Shown: in pieces, positions 13,501 through 26,767 of the stretch | Numbering within the stretch: position 1 is the stretch's first letter | Layout of the letters: every line of letters begins with the position of its first letter | From: Sminthopsis crassicaudata | Lineage: Eukaryota | Length of the DNA: 64,000 nucleotides | NCBI RefSeq assembly: GCF_048593235.1 | Contig: NC_133621.1 | Coordinates: 70,857,148 to 70,921,147 of the forward strand | Direction of reading: 5' to 3' | The notes under the pieces: generated by a model | What the model was told of the DNA's origin: nothing | Database searches by the model: none | What the model saw: only the letters and a program-made list of their open reading frames with translations | Position numbers and translations under genes: made by a program

Positions 13501-14399
13501 TGTAATTGGGGAATATTTAACAAAATAAAAACAATAAAAGATAGTATCAGGTTTTTAAACCAAGTCAATATGATGCCTGAAGGAACAGTACAGTTCAGTG
13601 GTTCTCATTTCTATGTAAGCTTGACATCACTAGTTTAGAGCCTGAGGACCTAAATTGTTTGCTCAGAATCAAATAGCCAGTATATGTTGGGGACAGGACC
13701 TGAACATAGGTTTTTCTGATTTGGAGGAGAGCTAGCTCATTATTATTACAGGATGCTTTTCTTCTATAGATAAACATAATGCAAATTAGAATCTGATCAA
13801 TGTGTTGTAGGAATTTTAAAGTTCTGTGAGATCAATTTAAGCAAAAAGTCCAGTTCAGGACATTAAGGAAGGCTTTATGGAAGGGGTGACATTTGAGTTC
13901 CAGTCCTTAGAATCATAGCCTTTCCTGAATATTGGAATGTTAGAAATGGATCACCTTGTCCAGAGCAGCTAGTTTCCCTCTGCTGCAGTTCAATTTAATT
14001 TTAAGAGTTTTTGGATTGTTTACTACATTTAATGCCATGCAGGCCATAAATTTGAATAAAACATATAAGAATGTCTCTACATTCAAGGAATTCCCTACAA
14101 TAGTAGGGAGAACAAAGGGGCAAAAGTAAATCTTTCTTTTTAGTTTATATTATACTTTGGAACACCCAGACTTAATTTCCAGAAACCCTTCTGCTCCCAC
14201 TGCTCCTTCCTTGAAATGAAATGGCAACATTCTGAAAAATATTGAAATTTTGTAGAAAGAGTTAGATCACTAACAGTTTAGTTATTTGTGGTATTCAATG
14301 AATCTCTCTATAGAAGTAGGAATGGGTCTTCTGTCATGTGAGAATAATGAAGTAGAGAATCAGTATTATGTTAGTATTGTTTAAGCCTTCTTTTGTGCA

Positions 14400-15450
14400 A
14401 ACACAAGAATAGATATGACTAGCAACATCTGTGAGGGATATTTAAAATCTAATTTTTTAGTGAATTATTTTCTTCAATTAGCCTTTTTATCTCCTTTTGC
14501 ATTTGGTCAATTGAACTTTTACATGAAGTGTTTTGTTCATTGTTCATTGCATTTTTTTCCATTTCACAGATTTTGTTTTTCACATCTATTTCGTAAGAAG
14601 TTAAAAGCTTTTTTTCCATTTCATCAAGTCTATTTTTTAAGGAGTTTTCTTCAGATAATTTCTGATTTTTCCTTTTCCATCCCCTCTTGCAAAGATCTCT
14701 TTTCTTTTCCCCATTTTTCTTCTAACTCTCTTTTAAGATCCTTTTTGGATTCTTCCAAGAGAGCCTTGTGAAATGGAGACCAACTCATATCACACTTTGG
14801 GGCTTCATCTGGAGTTGATTTGCTTTGAGAATCCCCAGGGTTTGAGATCTATTCTTCCCTTTCTTCATAAAAGTTGTCTATGGTCAGAATTCTTTTTTAA
14901 AAGGTTGAGGTTTTAAGACAAAGGGGCTACAGAACCTTTAGTTTGCCCTGGGGTGGTTCTGCTGACTGACTTCCAGTGGTGGGCAGGCATGGCCAGGTCC
15001 CGCATTCCTCCAGGGTTCAATGGCTCACAATCTGCCTTTGAATCTGCTTTTGAGTGTCTTACAGTAAATCTGCTGAAGCACCAACTTGTAACCAGGACAG
15101 AATAGCCTAAAAGCCTTGTAATAGATTCTCTACCCTGGCTCCCTGGCTCCCTGTCCCCCAGCTCCTTACCCCAGGCTCCCTGCTTTGCTTTCTGGGCTCT
15201 GCAGCTTTTCCCCAGCACGATTGTAACAAACCGGTTCTGAAGTTCTTCCAAAATATCTTCTTCTGGAAATTTGTTGTACTCCAAATATTTGTGGGTTCTG
15301 TGACTCCAAATCTAGTTCAGAGGCTTAATCTGTTGTTAATTAGAGGGAAGCTCAGATCACATAGAGCTGAGTCTGCTTTCTGCCTCTTGGCTCCGTCCCC
15401 CTGTGAGGGACAGTTCAAAGTCATTGATCTCCGTGATCAATAATTGTGTC
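14400..15450 (-). mobile_element. L1 5' region (5'UTR and ORF1 start), internally deleted
   Basis: ccatttttcttctaactctcttttaagatcc...ccaagagagccttgtgaaatggagaccaactc and the GC-richer segment to about 15450 resemble antisense marsupial L1 ORF1 and 5'UTR. Boundaries approximate. Confidence 0.75.
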
Positions 15451-15559
15451 TACATGTATAATCTGTATCCTACCATAGGAGTGTCATCATACTCCTGTCA
15501 TTTTTTCATTTCCTTGGTCTGCAAAAAAATTTAAAATACTGTCACAATGGGATAGTGTA

Positions 15560-15750
15560 ATGGGCTTGGAGTCAAAAGATTCTGAAGTCAACCTTCTCGT
15601 CTGTGTGTCCCTGGACAAGTCATTTAAAATTTTCCAGTTTTCTCATCTTTAAAATGAGGATATTTATCTAACATAAGGATAAATAAGATAACACATGTAA
15701 AACATTTTCTGAAACTTAAAGAATTATATAAATGCTAACTATTATCATTA
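15560..15750 (+). mobile_element. MIR
   Basis: ggcttggagtcaaaag...cctggacaagtcattt...tttctcatctttaaaatgagg...ataacacatgtaaaaca. Confidence 0.75.
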
Positions 15751-16129
15751 GTATTGTTATAGTAACATTTGGTTGGGATAGAAACAATTTTTATTAAGCT
15801 TATTAAAGTTTATGAGAACTTGTAATTTTTTAATCAAGGACTTCATAATAATTTCTACATCTTGTATCTTGGTTCATTCCTATTTCCATAAGGGTCTCAG
15901 CTATTCATGTCTAATGCTTTCAGCTTCAGAAAGTATAATCTCAAGTGAAGATTTCACCCATTAGCCAAGTACAGAATTAAGTTTCCTCTTCAGGTGGTAT
16001 TTGAGCAACAGGTATCTGGTGGCAATGAGGGATGGGGCCATCATGCAGAGGTTTAGCCAATCTCAGCCCTGTGAGGGAATTGTGGTTTCTAGCAATGTAA
16101 CCTTTCTGTTGCATCTTTTGTTTCCACAG

Positions 16130-16164
16130 TGAGAGAAAAACGAAAGAGCCTCTTCATCAACCAC
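16130..16164 (+). CDS. CCNY: Cyclin Y coding exon 3 (35 nt, phase 1 to 0): (V)REKRKSLFINH
   Basis: Acceptor ttttgtttccacag|TG and donor CAC|gtaagt. The peptide matches recalled CCNY (KSLFINH) rather than CCNYL1 (KSNHLNH), and the frame continues into 40767. Confidence 0.95.
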
Positions 16165-16526
16165 GTAAGTGAAACCGCTTCCTCAAGTTGTCCTGGGCAA
16201 GTGCTACATTGGTGACACTTATAGTTGAAAACCTAATAATGTTTCCTGCTGACTGAAATTTAATTGTTATTCTTTAATGCTATTTAGAAGATTGCCAATG
16301 ATGCTGAAATCGATTTTCTCTTTGTGACTCCATAATCAGTGTGTATTCTATTGAGATTCCAACCTACTGCTTTTTTCATCTTAGAACATCTGTAAATATG
16401 CACTCCATTGATATCACAGCTTTGCATTAAAAGCTCCCTCCCTTCTTCACTCCCTTCCCTCTTCCTTCTCTTCCTCTTTTCCTCCCTTTCTCTTTCCCTC
16501 CCTCTTTCCCTTCCTGCATTTTCTCT

Positions 16527-16737
16527 NNNNNNNNNNNNNNNNNNNNNNNNNNNNNNNNNNNNNNNNNNNNNNNNNNNNNNNNNNNNNNNNNNNNNNNNNN
16601 NNNNNNNNNNNNNNNNNNNNNNNNNNNNNNNNNNNNNNNNNNNNNNNNNNNNNNNNNNNNNNNNNNNNNNNNNNNNNNNNNNNNNNNNNNNNNNNNNNNN
16701 NNNNNNNNNNNNNNNNNNNNNNNNNNNNNNNNNNNNN
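16527..16737. other. Assembly gap (211 N) within a CT-rich low-complexity tract
   Basis: N run; both flanks are pyrimidine repeats. Confidence 0.99.
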
Positions 16738-17192
16738 TCCTTTTTTCCCTCCCTTCTGTACCTCTCCCTCACCCCCAGAGTAGTTCTTAGTGGACTCAGC
16801 AGTTGTAAGAGGCCTTTTGGTACTAGAAGGAACAGTTCATTCCAGAAAACCCAGCTCTGCTCTCTCTTACTCTGGCTCTGGCCCAGCTCGGTAGGAAGTG
16901 ATTCCTTTTACTCTATCCTTCCTTCAGACTCAAGTGCAGCTCAAGTATTATCTGTGATATTAGAACATAGGTCAGTGAGGAATGATTTGTAAATGATTTA
17001 CACCTATCTGGTTATGAATATGCCATTCTTTAAAGCAAATCATTTTTGTGCAGAAAACTCTTAATGATGGAATATAATGATCCCAACTCTTTGCCTTTCC
17101 TTGTCTTTTCTCCTGCTGTATTTGGACATTTCACTTCTTACCAGCACTTCCCTCAATAGAAAAGGAAAGTAATAGAATCAACACTCAAAAGA

Positions 17193-17195
<3 letters not shown>

Positions 17196-17238
<43 letters not shown>
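17196..17238. repeat. (TG)n microsatellite
   Basis: Directly visible. Confidence 0.97.
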
Positions 17239-17239
<1 letters not shown>

Positions 17240-17794
17240 AATGAATAGTATGAAGGAAGAATTTAGTTCTTAAATTTATTCATGCCATCCTTCCACTCCT
17301 ATCATAATGGATATTAAATATTCAACTATATATGAAGCATTGGTTTTGAAGTCAGAGGCTAGGAGTTTGATTCTTGGATAATTATTTGCTTGTATTCTGA
17401 CTCAGTCACTTAATTTAGCTATACCTCAAGTTCTTCATCTATACAATGGGAATAATATTCAAATTAAGTATCTTGTGGACATTAAAGTATTATATCAACA
17501 AAAGTCAATTATCATGTAATGTATATATTTGTTTACCTCCTCCTTATTTCTCCTCCATGATATTTTTGAAATATCAACTTGTTTGCCTTAGTTTCCTTAA
17601 ATGTAAAGTGTGAGAAATAGTAGCACCTAGCTCATAGGGTTATTGTGATAATCAGATGAGATATTTGTTTTGGGGGGGGGGGGAAAGCGCTTGACATTTA
17701 CATCCTTATTTCTTTTCCCAAAGATAGAAAAAAAGAGTTACTGTTTTGGTGCTTTGGGGCTATGCAGTATTTTATTTAAAGTCAGAATGATTGT

Positions 17795-17886
17795 TGGTCT
17801 TTATGACAATCAGCCAAATAACTTAAATATTGTATTACACTGGTCTTTATGACAATCAGCCAAATAACTTAAAAATTGTATTACAC
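17795..17886. repeat. 46-bp tandem duplication
   Basis: tggtctttatgacaatcagccaaataacttaaa(t/a)attgtattacac at 17795-17840 and 17841-17886, one mismatch. Confidence 0.97.
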
Positions 17887-20408
17887 ATAGCAAAGTATTC
17901 TGCATAATTATAATTCAATAAAAATGTTCTTCTTTTAAAAATTGGTAATCTCTAATTTTAACCTGAGGTGAGCTGAAATAGAAAACTACCATTTTAAATC
18001 TTAGGAAAAACCTATACCTTGTGTTGTGTAATCCTGGCATCCTACCAACACTTGGTGGGATTATATCTGAAATGTAGTTGTAGTAATGCATACCAACAAA
18101 ATGCTGAAACTGCATAACAACAAATCATGCTCTTTGGCAGTCCTAATTTAAAGATTTTTTTTACTCTGGGACCCTTTAAAATGAAAGGGAATTCTCTGAA
18201 ACTTTTATTTCCCCTTCTGCAGCCATTCAGGAAGGTAGTAAACTTGCCATCTCTGAAGTACTTGCTGTAGGCTAACTGGTCGTCCTCATTATTTGCAAGG
18301 AAGCCAAGTATCTTTTTTCCTTTGTTTATCAATCTTGTCTATATCTGTTTAGGGATTCTGATGTAATTATTATTATTTATTAGCTTTGTTTTTTTGGGTT
18401 TGACCAAATTAAAATATTCTTTCTGAATTCACCCAAGTTTTCTGCAGGTTAATGCAAAAAAAATTATTCTTTTGTCCTCCTGGTTTAGCTAGTCTAGTCA
18501 CTGTTATATGATTCCTGAAGTCTCTTATTGTATCTCATATTTAATGACTAGGGGAAAAATAGATAATGTGAAGTAATATTGAGAATTTATGTTTGAGGTG
18601 TCTGGCCTATGCTCACACCCAGTTAGTAAATACCAAAGCTGAGATTTGAAACCCAAATATCTTCTGACCCCAAGTTCGAATTACCTTCTTTCTGTTAAAT
18701 GAATCTAGCTCTTGGGAGCATTATCATACCCATTTACAAGTAAGGAACTTAAGCCTCAGGAAAGGTGAAATGAGCCTTTCCAATGGTCTTTCAACTAACA
18801 CATGATAGAATTCTGAGGGGTATCCATTTGTCATGACTCCTGCTTTTCCATGTCTTGTACTCTTTCCTGCATCGTCTCTTAAGTGCACTAAATACATTGA
18901 ATTCAAGAGAAAATTACCAAGGGAGGTTATAGAATCTATTTAATTTGAAATATTTGAAAATTGGATTTAGGAATAAACATGCCATGTGTCTTTTATATTT
19001 GTTTATGGTACTGAGCGTGTGGTATTCTTGTTTGAAAATTTTATTGATATCTTATATTTCATTATTACTTTCATTTTCAATTTGTCCCTCCTTACCACTT
19101 AAAATTGTTACTTCTAATAGAGGGGGGAAAAAAGAAGGGGAAAAAAAGCTAACAAAAACTATTCAACACAATAACTGTCTTATAATATATGCAATACTCC
19201 ACACTGTAGTTTAGCATCTTGTAAGTCTAGCATCTGATTTTATGTAAAGAGCATTAATTAGATTGGGAATCAGAAAATCTGTATTTTAATACCAGTTCTA
19301 TCATAAGTTGTGTGATCTTAAGTAATTATTGGCTTTTTTTAAGTTTCCTTGGTTCAGTTTCTTCATTTGTAACATTAATGAGTTGGATTTTAGATTTAGG
19401 GGAAAGGTACAAAGTGCCTTCCCTCTTGAAAGTCCTAATTCATTGTTAGAGGGTTTTAAATAGATATGGTAATGGAAAATAAATTTTTCTTCAGCTTCTT
19501 TCATGGCTACATCTCTGGGAAATTGGAGACAACAGCATAAATATGTGAACATATTTGCTAGTTCTTTAGTTTATAACCAGTTACTTCAAGTGAACAGGAG
19601 TTTGTCTTGTTTAAAATGCATATAGACTACCCTTCCATAGTTAAGATGAGTTTTTAAAAAATTGCATTGTAAAGTTTTCACTTTTGCTGATGAATTAAGA
19701 AAACAGTTAATAGGTTGAACTTGCCTTTGCTGGGCTTAGAAAGTGCTATACCAGATGATGGTGTGGGTAGCTGATAAGCTTTCTTGGTGTGAGTTTTGAT
19801 GTGCAAAGGATCCAATTCTCCAATTTATAATTTGATGACTCTGCTGAAATGTGATAGTTTGAGGGGACTTAAATTCAGTTTTGCTAAACCCTCAGATGGC
19901 TTCCTCTTTCCATTTCCAGAAAACTGAAAACTTAGGCCTTTATTGTTAGTTTTCAACTTAGGGTTGAAAACTGTACTTGTTGTAGGGGGTGGTAAGTGAC
20001 ATCCTTAAAATTGTCTTAAAATCACCACTACCCTCTTCCTACTCAGAGTTGGAATCTAAATCAGATGTCAAAATTAGAAGATAGCTCCGATGCTATTTGT
20101 ACCAATCTGTTCATGAATTAGAATCCCTTCTATAATTTACAAGTGGTCATCTGGTCTTTGAAAAACAGAGATAAAGATAAGGTAGACAGAAAGAACCCAC
20201 TACTTCTCAAAATCCATTCCATTTTTTGATCATACAGTATTAATTATTAGGAAGGTTTTTCTTATACAATATTGGAAACAGCTCTTCCCCCATCCTTGTG
20301 AAAAAAATGTTTCAGTTTGAATTTACTCATTGATTCCATAGCTACTGAAAATCTTGGTTTGTGGGCCCCCACTAAAGCCAGAGAACATAATGTTTTCCTC
20401 ATAAACTG

Positions 20409-21297
20409 GAGGCATANNNNNNNNNNNNNNNNNNNNNNNNNNNNNNNNNNNNNNNNNNNNNNNNNNNNNNNNNNNNNNNNNNNNNNNNNNNNNNNNNNNN
20501 NNNNNNNNNNNNNNNNNNNNNNNNNNNNNNNNNNNNNNNNNNNNNNNNNNNNNNTAGTCTATTAAATGTACAATTATTTTATCTTAAAATGCATTTACCT
20601 TAATTTAAAAATACTTTATTGCTAAAAATGCTAATTATCATTTGAACAGCCTTCCTTTTTCCTGGTGGAAGGTGTTACAGCTATGTTGATGGCCGCTGAC
20701 TGATCAGGGTGATGGTTGCTGAAGGTTGGGGAATGGTGGCAATTTCTTAAAATAAGACAACAGTGAAGTTTGTTATATTGATTGATTCTTCCTTTCACAA
20801 ACTATTTCTCTGTAGCATGATGCTGTTTGATAGAATTTTAGCCATGGTTGAATTTATTTCAAAATTGGAGTCAGTTTTCTCAAATCCTGTTATTGCTTTA
20901 TCAGCTAAGTTTATGTAATATCCTTCAATTGTGTTTCAGGGACTAGGGAGGCCTGAGAACGGAGGGGGGGGGGATGCAGTTAGAACACATAAAACCTTTA
21001 TTGCTTAAGTTTTCTGTCTTACATGGGAGTGGTTCCTAGAATCTAAAATAATTACAATAGTAACATCAAAGATCATTAATCTCAGATCATCATGTTAATG
21101 AAAACATTGAAATATCATAAAAATTACCAAAATGTGACACAGAGACATGATGTGACCACATGCTTTTGGAAAAATGGTATTGATAGACTTGTTTTATGCA
21201 GGGTTGCTACAAATCTTCAATTTGTAAAAATGAAATATCTTTGAAATTCAATAAAGGGCAATAAAAAAGTAAGGCACAATAAAATGAGATATACCTG
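20409..21297 (-). mobile_element. Tigger1-derived non-autonomous DNA transposon (Tc1/mariner-pogo; Tigger1a_Mars-like)
   Basis: Reverse complement begins TA|caggtatatctcattttattgtgc...ttacaaattgaagatttgtagcaaccctgca...catgtctctgtgtcacattttggtaatt (Tigger1 5' arm). It jumps internally to the 3' arm (ctgactccaattttgaaa...cagcaaccatcaccctgatcagtcagc...atagacta) and runs into the N gap. TA at 21298-21299. Confidence 0.88.
20417..20554. other. Assembly gap (138 N)
   Basis: N run. Confidence 0.99.
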
Positions 21298-22254
21298 TAT
21301 ACACATATCATTTAAGAAGAGTGAATAGAACAATAGATAAAGCATATTGTAATATGTGTAATATAATAATATAACGTAATAATACATTAGGGAGTATTTG
21401 AAGACGCTTACGGTTGGGAACAATTATGTCAAATCTCACACATGGAGGGAGAGCTCATAGCTTTGACAATGTAGGATGGTCATTGGCTTCTGGTGATGTC
21501 TTTGTGCTATTCTTCCTAGTCTCGTGATTGCTCCTGGGTATAATAACTCCTGGACATTGCTCCCCTGATCTTGTGCTCCTTGTTAGGCGTGTGATTGTAG
21601 CTGGTCTTCAGTTAAGTATTTACCTTTTCCCCCATCTGTTTCTTCTGAGAACCCTGGAAATTCAGCTTTATCTTGTTTGGTGAAAAAGGAAGAATCTTTT
21701 TAAATACAGTATTCATGCTGGGGGAAAACTTACGTGCTTTTTCACCGTTAGTCAAAAGATCTGTGAGCTCCTAGAGTCATAGACTCCAAGGGGCATCATT
21801 CTTTGTGGGACACAGAATAATAGCTAGCCAGTTATGTAGAGCCGGTAGATATCAAGTCTGCTTTTGACTCTACCTTCTCTTATGAGGATCAGCTCTCTTT
21901 AGTCCTCTATCTGACTTACTTAGAGTTGAGTCCATATACTTCCTTTTTTCATTTTTACATTCTCCACTGAATTGCATTCACTGGCAATCCTTTTTAACAA
22001 ACTGTGTAAATTTGAAATTCCCCAGTTTTCCTCAGATCCCTAGTATCCTTTGGATCTTTCATAGAAATGAAAGGAGGAAGGCAAGAACAACAACAAAAAC
22101 AAAGTGAAACTATGGTGAGGTCTGAATTCTCTATTTCATATTTATTTCTTTATTTTATATGTGTAACTTATTATACATTTCTTGGGTTTTGAGCTGTTCT
22201 TAGCTTAGATCAAGTCTAAATCTCACTCTGTAACTTGATTACATTGCTTATAAT

Positions 22255-22480
22255 GCATTAGGTGGCACAATGCAGAGTGCTGATCCCAAATTTGGCTTTA
22301 GATATTTCCTAGCTATGTAATACAAACACACATCACTTAATCCTTGTTTGCCTTAGTTTCCTCAGCTGTAAAATAGGGATAATAATAACTCCTACCTTTC
22401 TGGATTGCTGTGAGCACCAAATAATTTTAAAGCCCTTAGTAGAGTGCTCAAAATATAACAAGTGCTATATGATAACATTA
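22255..22480 (+). mobile_element. MIR/CORE-SINE
   Basis: ttaggtggcacaatgcagagtgctg...catcacttaatcc...ccttagtttcctcagctgtaaaatagggataataa. Confidence 0.8.
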
Positions 22481-23099
22481 TCATTATTACTGTTACTATT
22501 ATTATTACTGTTGTTTAATTTTACCCTTTGAAGCCAAGTAAAATATCTAATTTCTTTTCATTATGGCAACCCTTTAGATCTTAAAGACAGCTTTTCTATT
22601 CCCTTTTGAAATGTCTTCTCTAATTCCTTCAACTATTTGTCATATTCTTGAGGTTCATTGCTATTCTGACCTTTCTTATCTTAATATTCTCCAGTTATTA
22701 TTTCATTGTAACATCTCTTTTATATACATAGCTCATGAAAACTGTTACTTTCTCTTTAAGAACCAAGGACAAGGAACTCAGTTACTGTTACTGTGGCTTT
22801 AAAAGCTAAGATGTCATGTTGGGACAGGGGCAGTTGGAGTTACAGTTGGAAGGGGCTGATTGGATGGGAGAGATGTTTGCCATGAAGAACCTCTCTCAGA
22901 GGATGAGGGGAAAGTGAAGTTTTTCTTTTTGATCTCTAACCAATTAAGATCTGTGACAGTCAGCCAGTCAACAAACGCTTGTTAAGAGTCTAGTGTTTGC
23001 CAGGCACTGTGGGAAGAACAGGAGAGAAGGGTGAGGGTGTGAGGAGGAAGGACTTGTTTTTGTTTTTAATGGAAATCCTATAAAAAGAACTGAATATAG

Positions 23100-23640
23100 T
23101 CTCTAAGGAGCTAGCAATTCAATATATTTTGGGAGTGATTTTCCATTGTTATTAAAGAAAAGACAGAGAAGGTATTAATGTTGAAGAGGAATATGAAGAA
23201 CCTTCATAGGCTTTGATCATTTATCTGAAGTGAGATGAATACTTGAGACTTGTTTCCAGAAAGTACAGAGGAATCATCTGCTGTCATTTTGAGAGTCTGA
23301 AGAGACTTTAAAAGGTGATATTTTGCTAATTGTATGAATATTTGGTAACTCTAAATATTTATTTAAGGATATCAGATGAGTAAAATAAATTCTAGGGCCA
23401 AAGAAGGCTTTCTCAGGTTCATTGAATAATATTTCATAAATTCGAGTGGGGGCTCAAATTAATGACAAGAAATTTTAAATTTATTAATGAGGAATATGTT
23501 ATCAAAATACTCCTAGATTACTGTAGAATTTGGGATTAACAAGTTAAATATATTGCAACAAGAGTCAAATGGAAGATCAAAGTAAAGTGACCTACAAAAG
23601 AATGTGGTCAGTCTTAAGACCCTGCATGTTTGTCATAGCC
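23100..23640 (+). mobile_element. L3/CR1 RT fragment
   Basis: Degenerate sense CR1 RT resemblance (attgcaacaagagtcaaatggaagatcaaag...gtggtcagtcttaagaccctg). Boundaries approximate. Confidence 0.5.
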
Positions 23641-23735
23641 AGTTCACTTCTTGTCTGTGAGTGAAAAAAAAATTAACTGCCTTTTTCTTTGTTTGAATGC
23701 CATGTTTTTGAACCAAAAACAGAATGTTCTGCTTT

Positions 23736-23900
23736 NNNNNNNNNNNNNNNNNNNNNNNNNNNNNNNNNNNNNNNNNNNNNNNNNNNNNNNNNNNNNNNNN
23801 NNNNNNNNNNNNNNNNNNNNNNNNNNNNNNNNNNNNNNNNNNNNNNNNNNNNNNNNNNNNNNNNNNNNNNNNNNNNNNNNNNNNNNNNNNNNNNNNNNNN
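23736..23900. other. Assembly gap (165 N)
   Basis: N run. Confidence 0.99.
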
Positions 23901-24236
23901 NTTCTGCTTCCTAATGTTATGAGGAAATCTAGTCCTTCCAGTTGGCTACCCTTCATCTATTTGAAGATAATTATCATGTTTTTCCCACCCCAAGTTTTTT
24001 CCAGGCTAAACATTCCCAGGAGCTTGAGATATGATGCTCATATGATGTGATTTAGAGTCCTGTGACCATTCTAGAGGCTGAGTCAGAGGAAGTTTACCCT
24101 ATTTTTTTCCTTTTTAAAACATTTTCTTTAAAAAAATTCCTGGAAAGTCACATTATTGATTGCTACAGGTGAATTGTTTTCCCAGAGAAATGTTATCACA
24201 TGAGTATCTTACTGGGATCAGGGGAGATTTCCTAAA

Positions 24237-24713
24237 NNNNNNNNNNNNNNNNNNNNNNNNNNNNNNNNNNNNNNNNNNNNNNNNNNNNNNNNNNNNNNNN
24301 NNNNNNNNNNNNNNNNNNNNNNNNNNNNNNNNNNNNNNNNNNNNNNNNNNNNNNNNNNNNNNNNNNNNNNNNNNNNNNNNNNNNNNNNNNNNNNNNNNNN
24401 NNNNNNNNNNNNNNNNNNNNNNNNNNNNNNNNNNNNNNNNNNNNNNNNNNNNNNNNNNNNNNNNNNNNNNNNNNNNNNNNNNNNNNNNNNNNNNNNNNNN
24501 NNNNNNNNNNNNNNNNNNNNNNNNNNNNNNNNNNNNNNNNNNNNNNNNNNNNNNNNNNNNNNNNNNNNNNNNNNNNNNNNNNNNNNNNNNNNNNNNNNNN
24601 NNNNNNNNNNNNNNNNNNNNNNNNNNNNNNNNNNNNNNNNNNNNNNNNNNNNNNNNNNNNNNNNNNNNNNNNNNNNNNNNNNNNNNNNNNNNNNNNNNNN
24701 NNNNNNNNNNNNN
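24237..24713. other. Assembly gap (477 N) next to a CT-rich tract
   Basis: N run followed by (CCTT/CT)-rich low-complexity sequence. Confidence 0.99.
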
Positions 24714-26304
24714 CCTCCCTTCCTCCTTATCTTCCTTTTTCTCTCTCTCTATATCTCCCTCCTTCCCTCCTTCCATCTCTCTGTCTCTGTCTGTCTCTCT
24801 CACCCTCCCTCCTTCTCCCCCTTCATCATTACTATCCTTTCTATTTCCCTGTCTACCTTCAGCCCTACCTGTGTTTCTCCTCATATTCTTTTCCAGTCAA
24901 CCCTCACTGAGATGTTTATAAAAATGATTTGGAAAGCTTGCAAATGTAAAATATGATTGTATTTCTTTTTTCATCCTTTCATTCCTCTTTCCTTGTGATT
25001 TCCTGACTTCTACCTTTTTATTTCCTGCCAGTCAAAAACTCTTCTATATCTTTGCTGTGAGGTTTCAGTATTTCTCTTGTGTAATATGCTAGTGACCTTG
25101 AAGGTTATAATCCCTATACCAAGAGAGGCAAGTGTTAGGATCTGTAACGTATTCATTTTCCTAAAAAAAAAAAAAAAAGTTTACAAAATGGCTTGGGTGA
25201 GATCCTTTTTAATTATAGCAATGAGATTTTGTATGTGGTATTAGAATTTGCCCCCAAAATAAACCACTGAAAAAGCTCTAAAAGTTGGCAATCATACAGT
25301 TAAGGAATTTTCTAGTTTGTTAAATATTGCTATGGGGTTAAAGAGAGTTATTTTTATTTTATACCTACTCATGATTCTTTGGCTCCATTGTTGTAATTTT
25401 GGGGTTCTGAGGATGAGAGTAGGAATGTAGCAGTACACAATTTTTCAGTAAGTCAGTTTGGTTGGCTCTCAGGCTTTCTCTGGAATGCTTGATCTTCTTT
25501 CATTCACTAGTCCATTTTCACTTTCTCATCACCTCTCTCTTTTAGCTTGCTCATTTTAAAAAAATTTAGTCAACTCCTGCCATTGAGTAAACCTCGGAAC
25601 TGAGAAAGGGAGAAAGTGTGAAGTTAGAGAAGAAACAACATCCTCTTTATCAAGATCAGATAATGTTTTGTGGTCTGAACTTAGTAACAAAAACCATCTA
25701 GGAGAAGATGGCACCTTCTCTTGTCATCTCCTTATAAAATGTGGTGATTTGCTTTTCCTATTTTAATACTTCACTTATTTTTACTTCTATAAATGAGAAT
25801 ACATATATATATGTGTGTATATATGTATAAATACACATATTATATATGCATACATATATCACATAACACATCTCATCTCATCTCATTTTATATTTACTAC
25901 CACAAACATCACTACCATTGGAAAACATGGAAAACATATTTTGCCTTCCAAAGTAGAGCTTTCTTTTCTCTGCTCCTAGTGAATAATCAGTTGTGGCAGT
26001 GGATTACCCTACAAAATTTAAAATCAAGGCCAAAAAGAAGAACCAGCTTTTTAAGGAAAAGGATTCTCAAAGGAAACAAAGCACCACTTAGTTTTGACCT
26101 ATGAAATTTGTTTCCTAAAGGAGAAGGAAGCTTGCTTCATCTTCCTCTGCTAGCTACAGTGAGGACAGTTATTTGAGATCTGTAACTAACCTGGGGGCAC
26201 TTAAATCTCTTCGTAAAATAAACATGTGAGGCATCTTCTGTAAAATGGGAATCTGTTGTGGAAATAATCAAGTAATTGCTATAAAAATAGTATATTAGAA
26301 TTGG

Positions 26305-26767
26305 TATATACACAGCAACAAGAAGACTACACGATGGTCAATTCTGATGGACGTGGCTGTCTTCAATATTGAGATGATTCAAATCAGTTCCAATTGTTCA
26401 GTGATGAAGAGAGCTATCTATTCTCAAGAGGACTGTGGATACTGAGTGTGGACACAACATAACATTCTCACTTTCTGTTCTTGTTTGCTTGCATTTTGTT
26501 TTCTTTCTCAGTTTTTTTTCCCCATCTTTATCGAATTTTTCTTGTACAGAAAGATAACTATATAAATGTATCTACATATATTGGATTTAACATATATTTT
26601 AACATATTTAACATATATTGGACTACTTGCCATTTAGGAGAAGAGGTGGGAGAAAGAAGGGCAAAATTTGGAACAAAAGGTTTTGCAAGGGTCACTGTTG
26701 AAAATACCCATGCATATGTTTTGTAAATAAAAAGTTTTAATAAAATTTTTTAAAAATTTAAAAAAAG
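26305..26767 (+). mobile_element. L1 3' end (sense orientation)
   Basis: cagcaacaagaagactacacgatggtcaattctgatggacgtggc...ggaacaaaaggttttgcaagggtcactgttgaaaatacc...aataaaaag and an A-rich tail. Confidence 0.9.

Noticed and set aside
16290-16400. Possible C/D snoRNA downstream of exon 3 (aatgatgc...ctga)
   Set aside because: Box C is imperfect, box D spacing is wrong and there is no terminal stem.
17915-18332. Overlapping minus-strand ORFs of 96 and 66 aa
   Set aside because: No recognisable homology or splice context; lengths are expected by chance in 64 kb.
16284-24921. Long ORFs containing X runs
   Set aside because: Artefacts of N gaps lacking stop codons.
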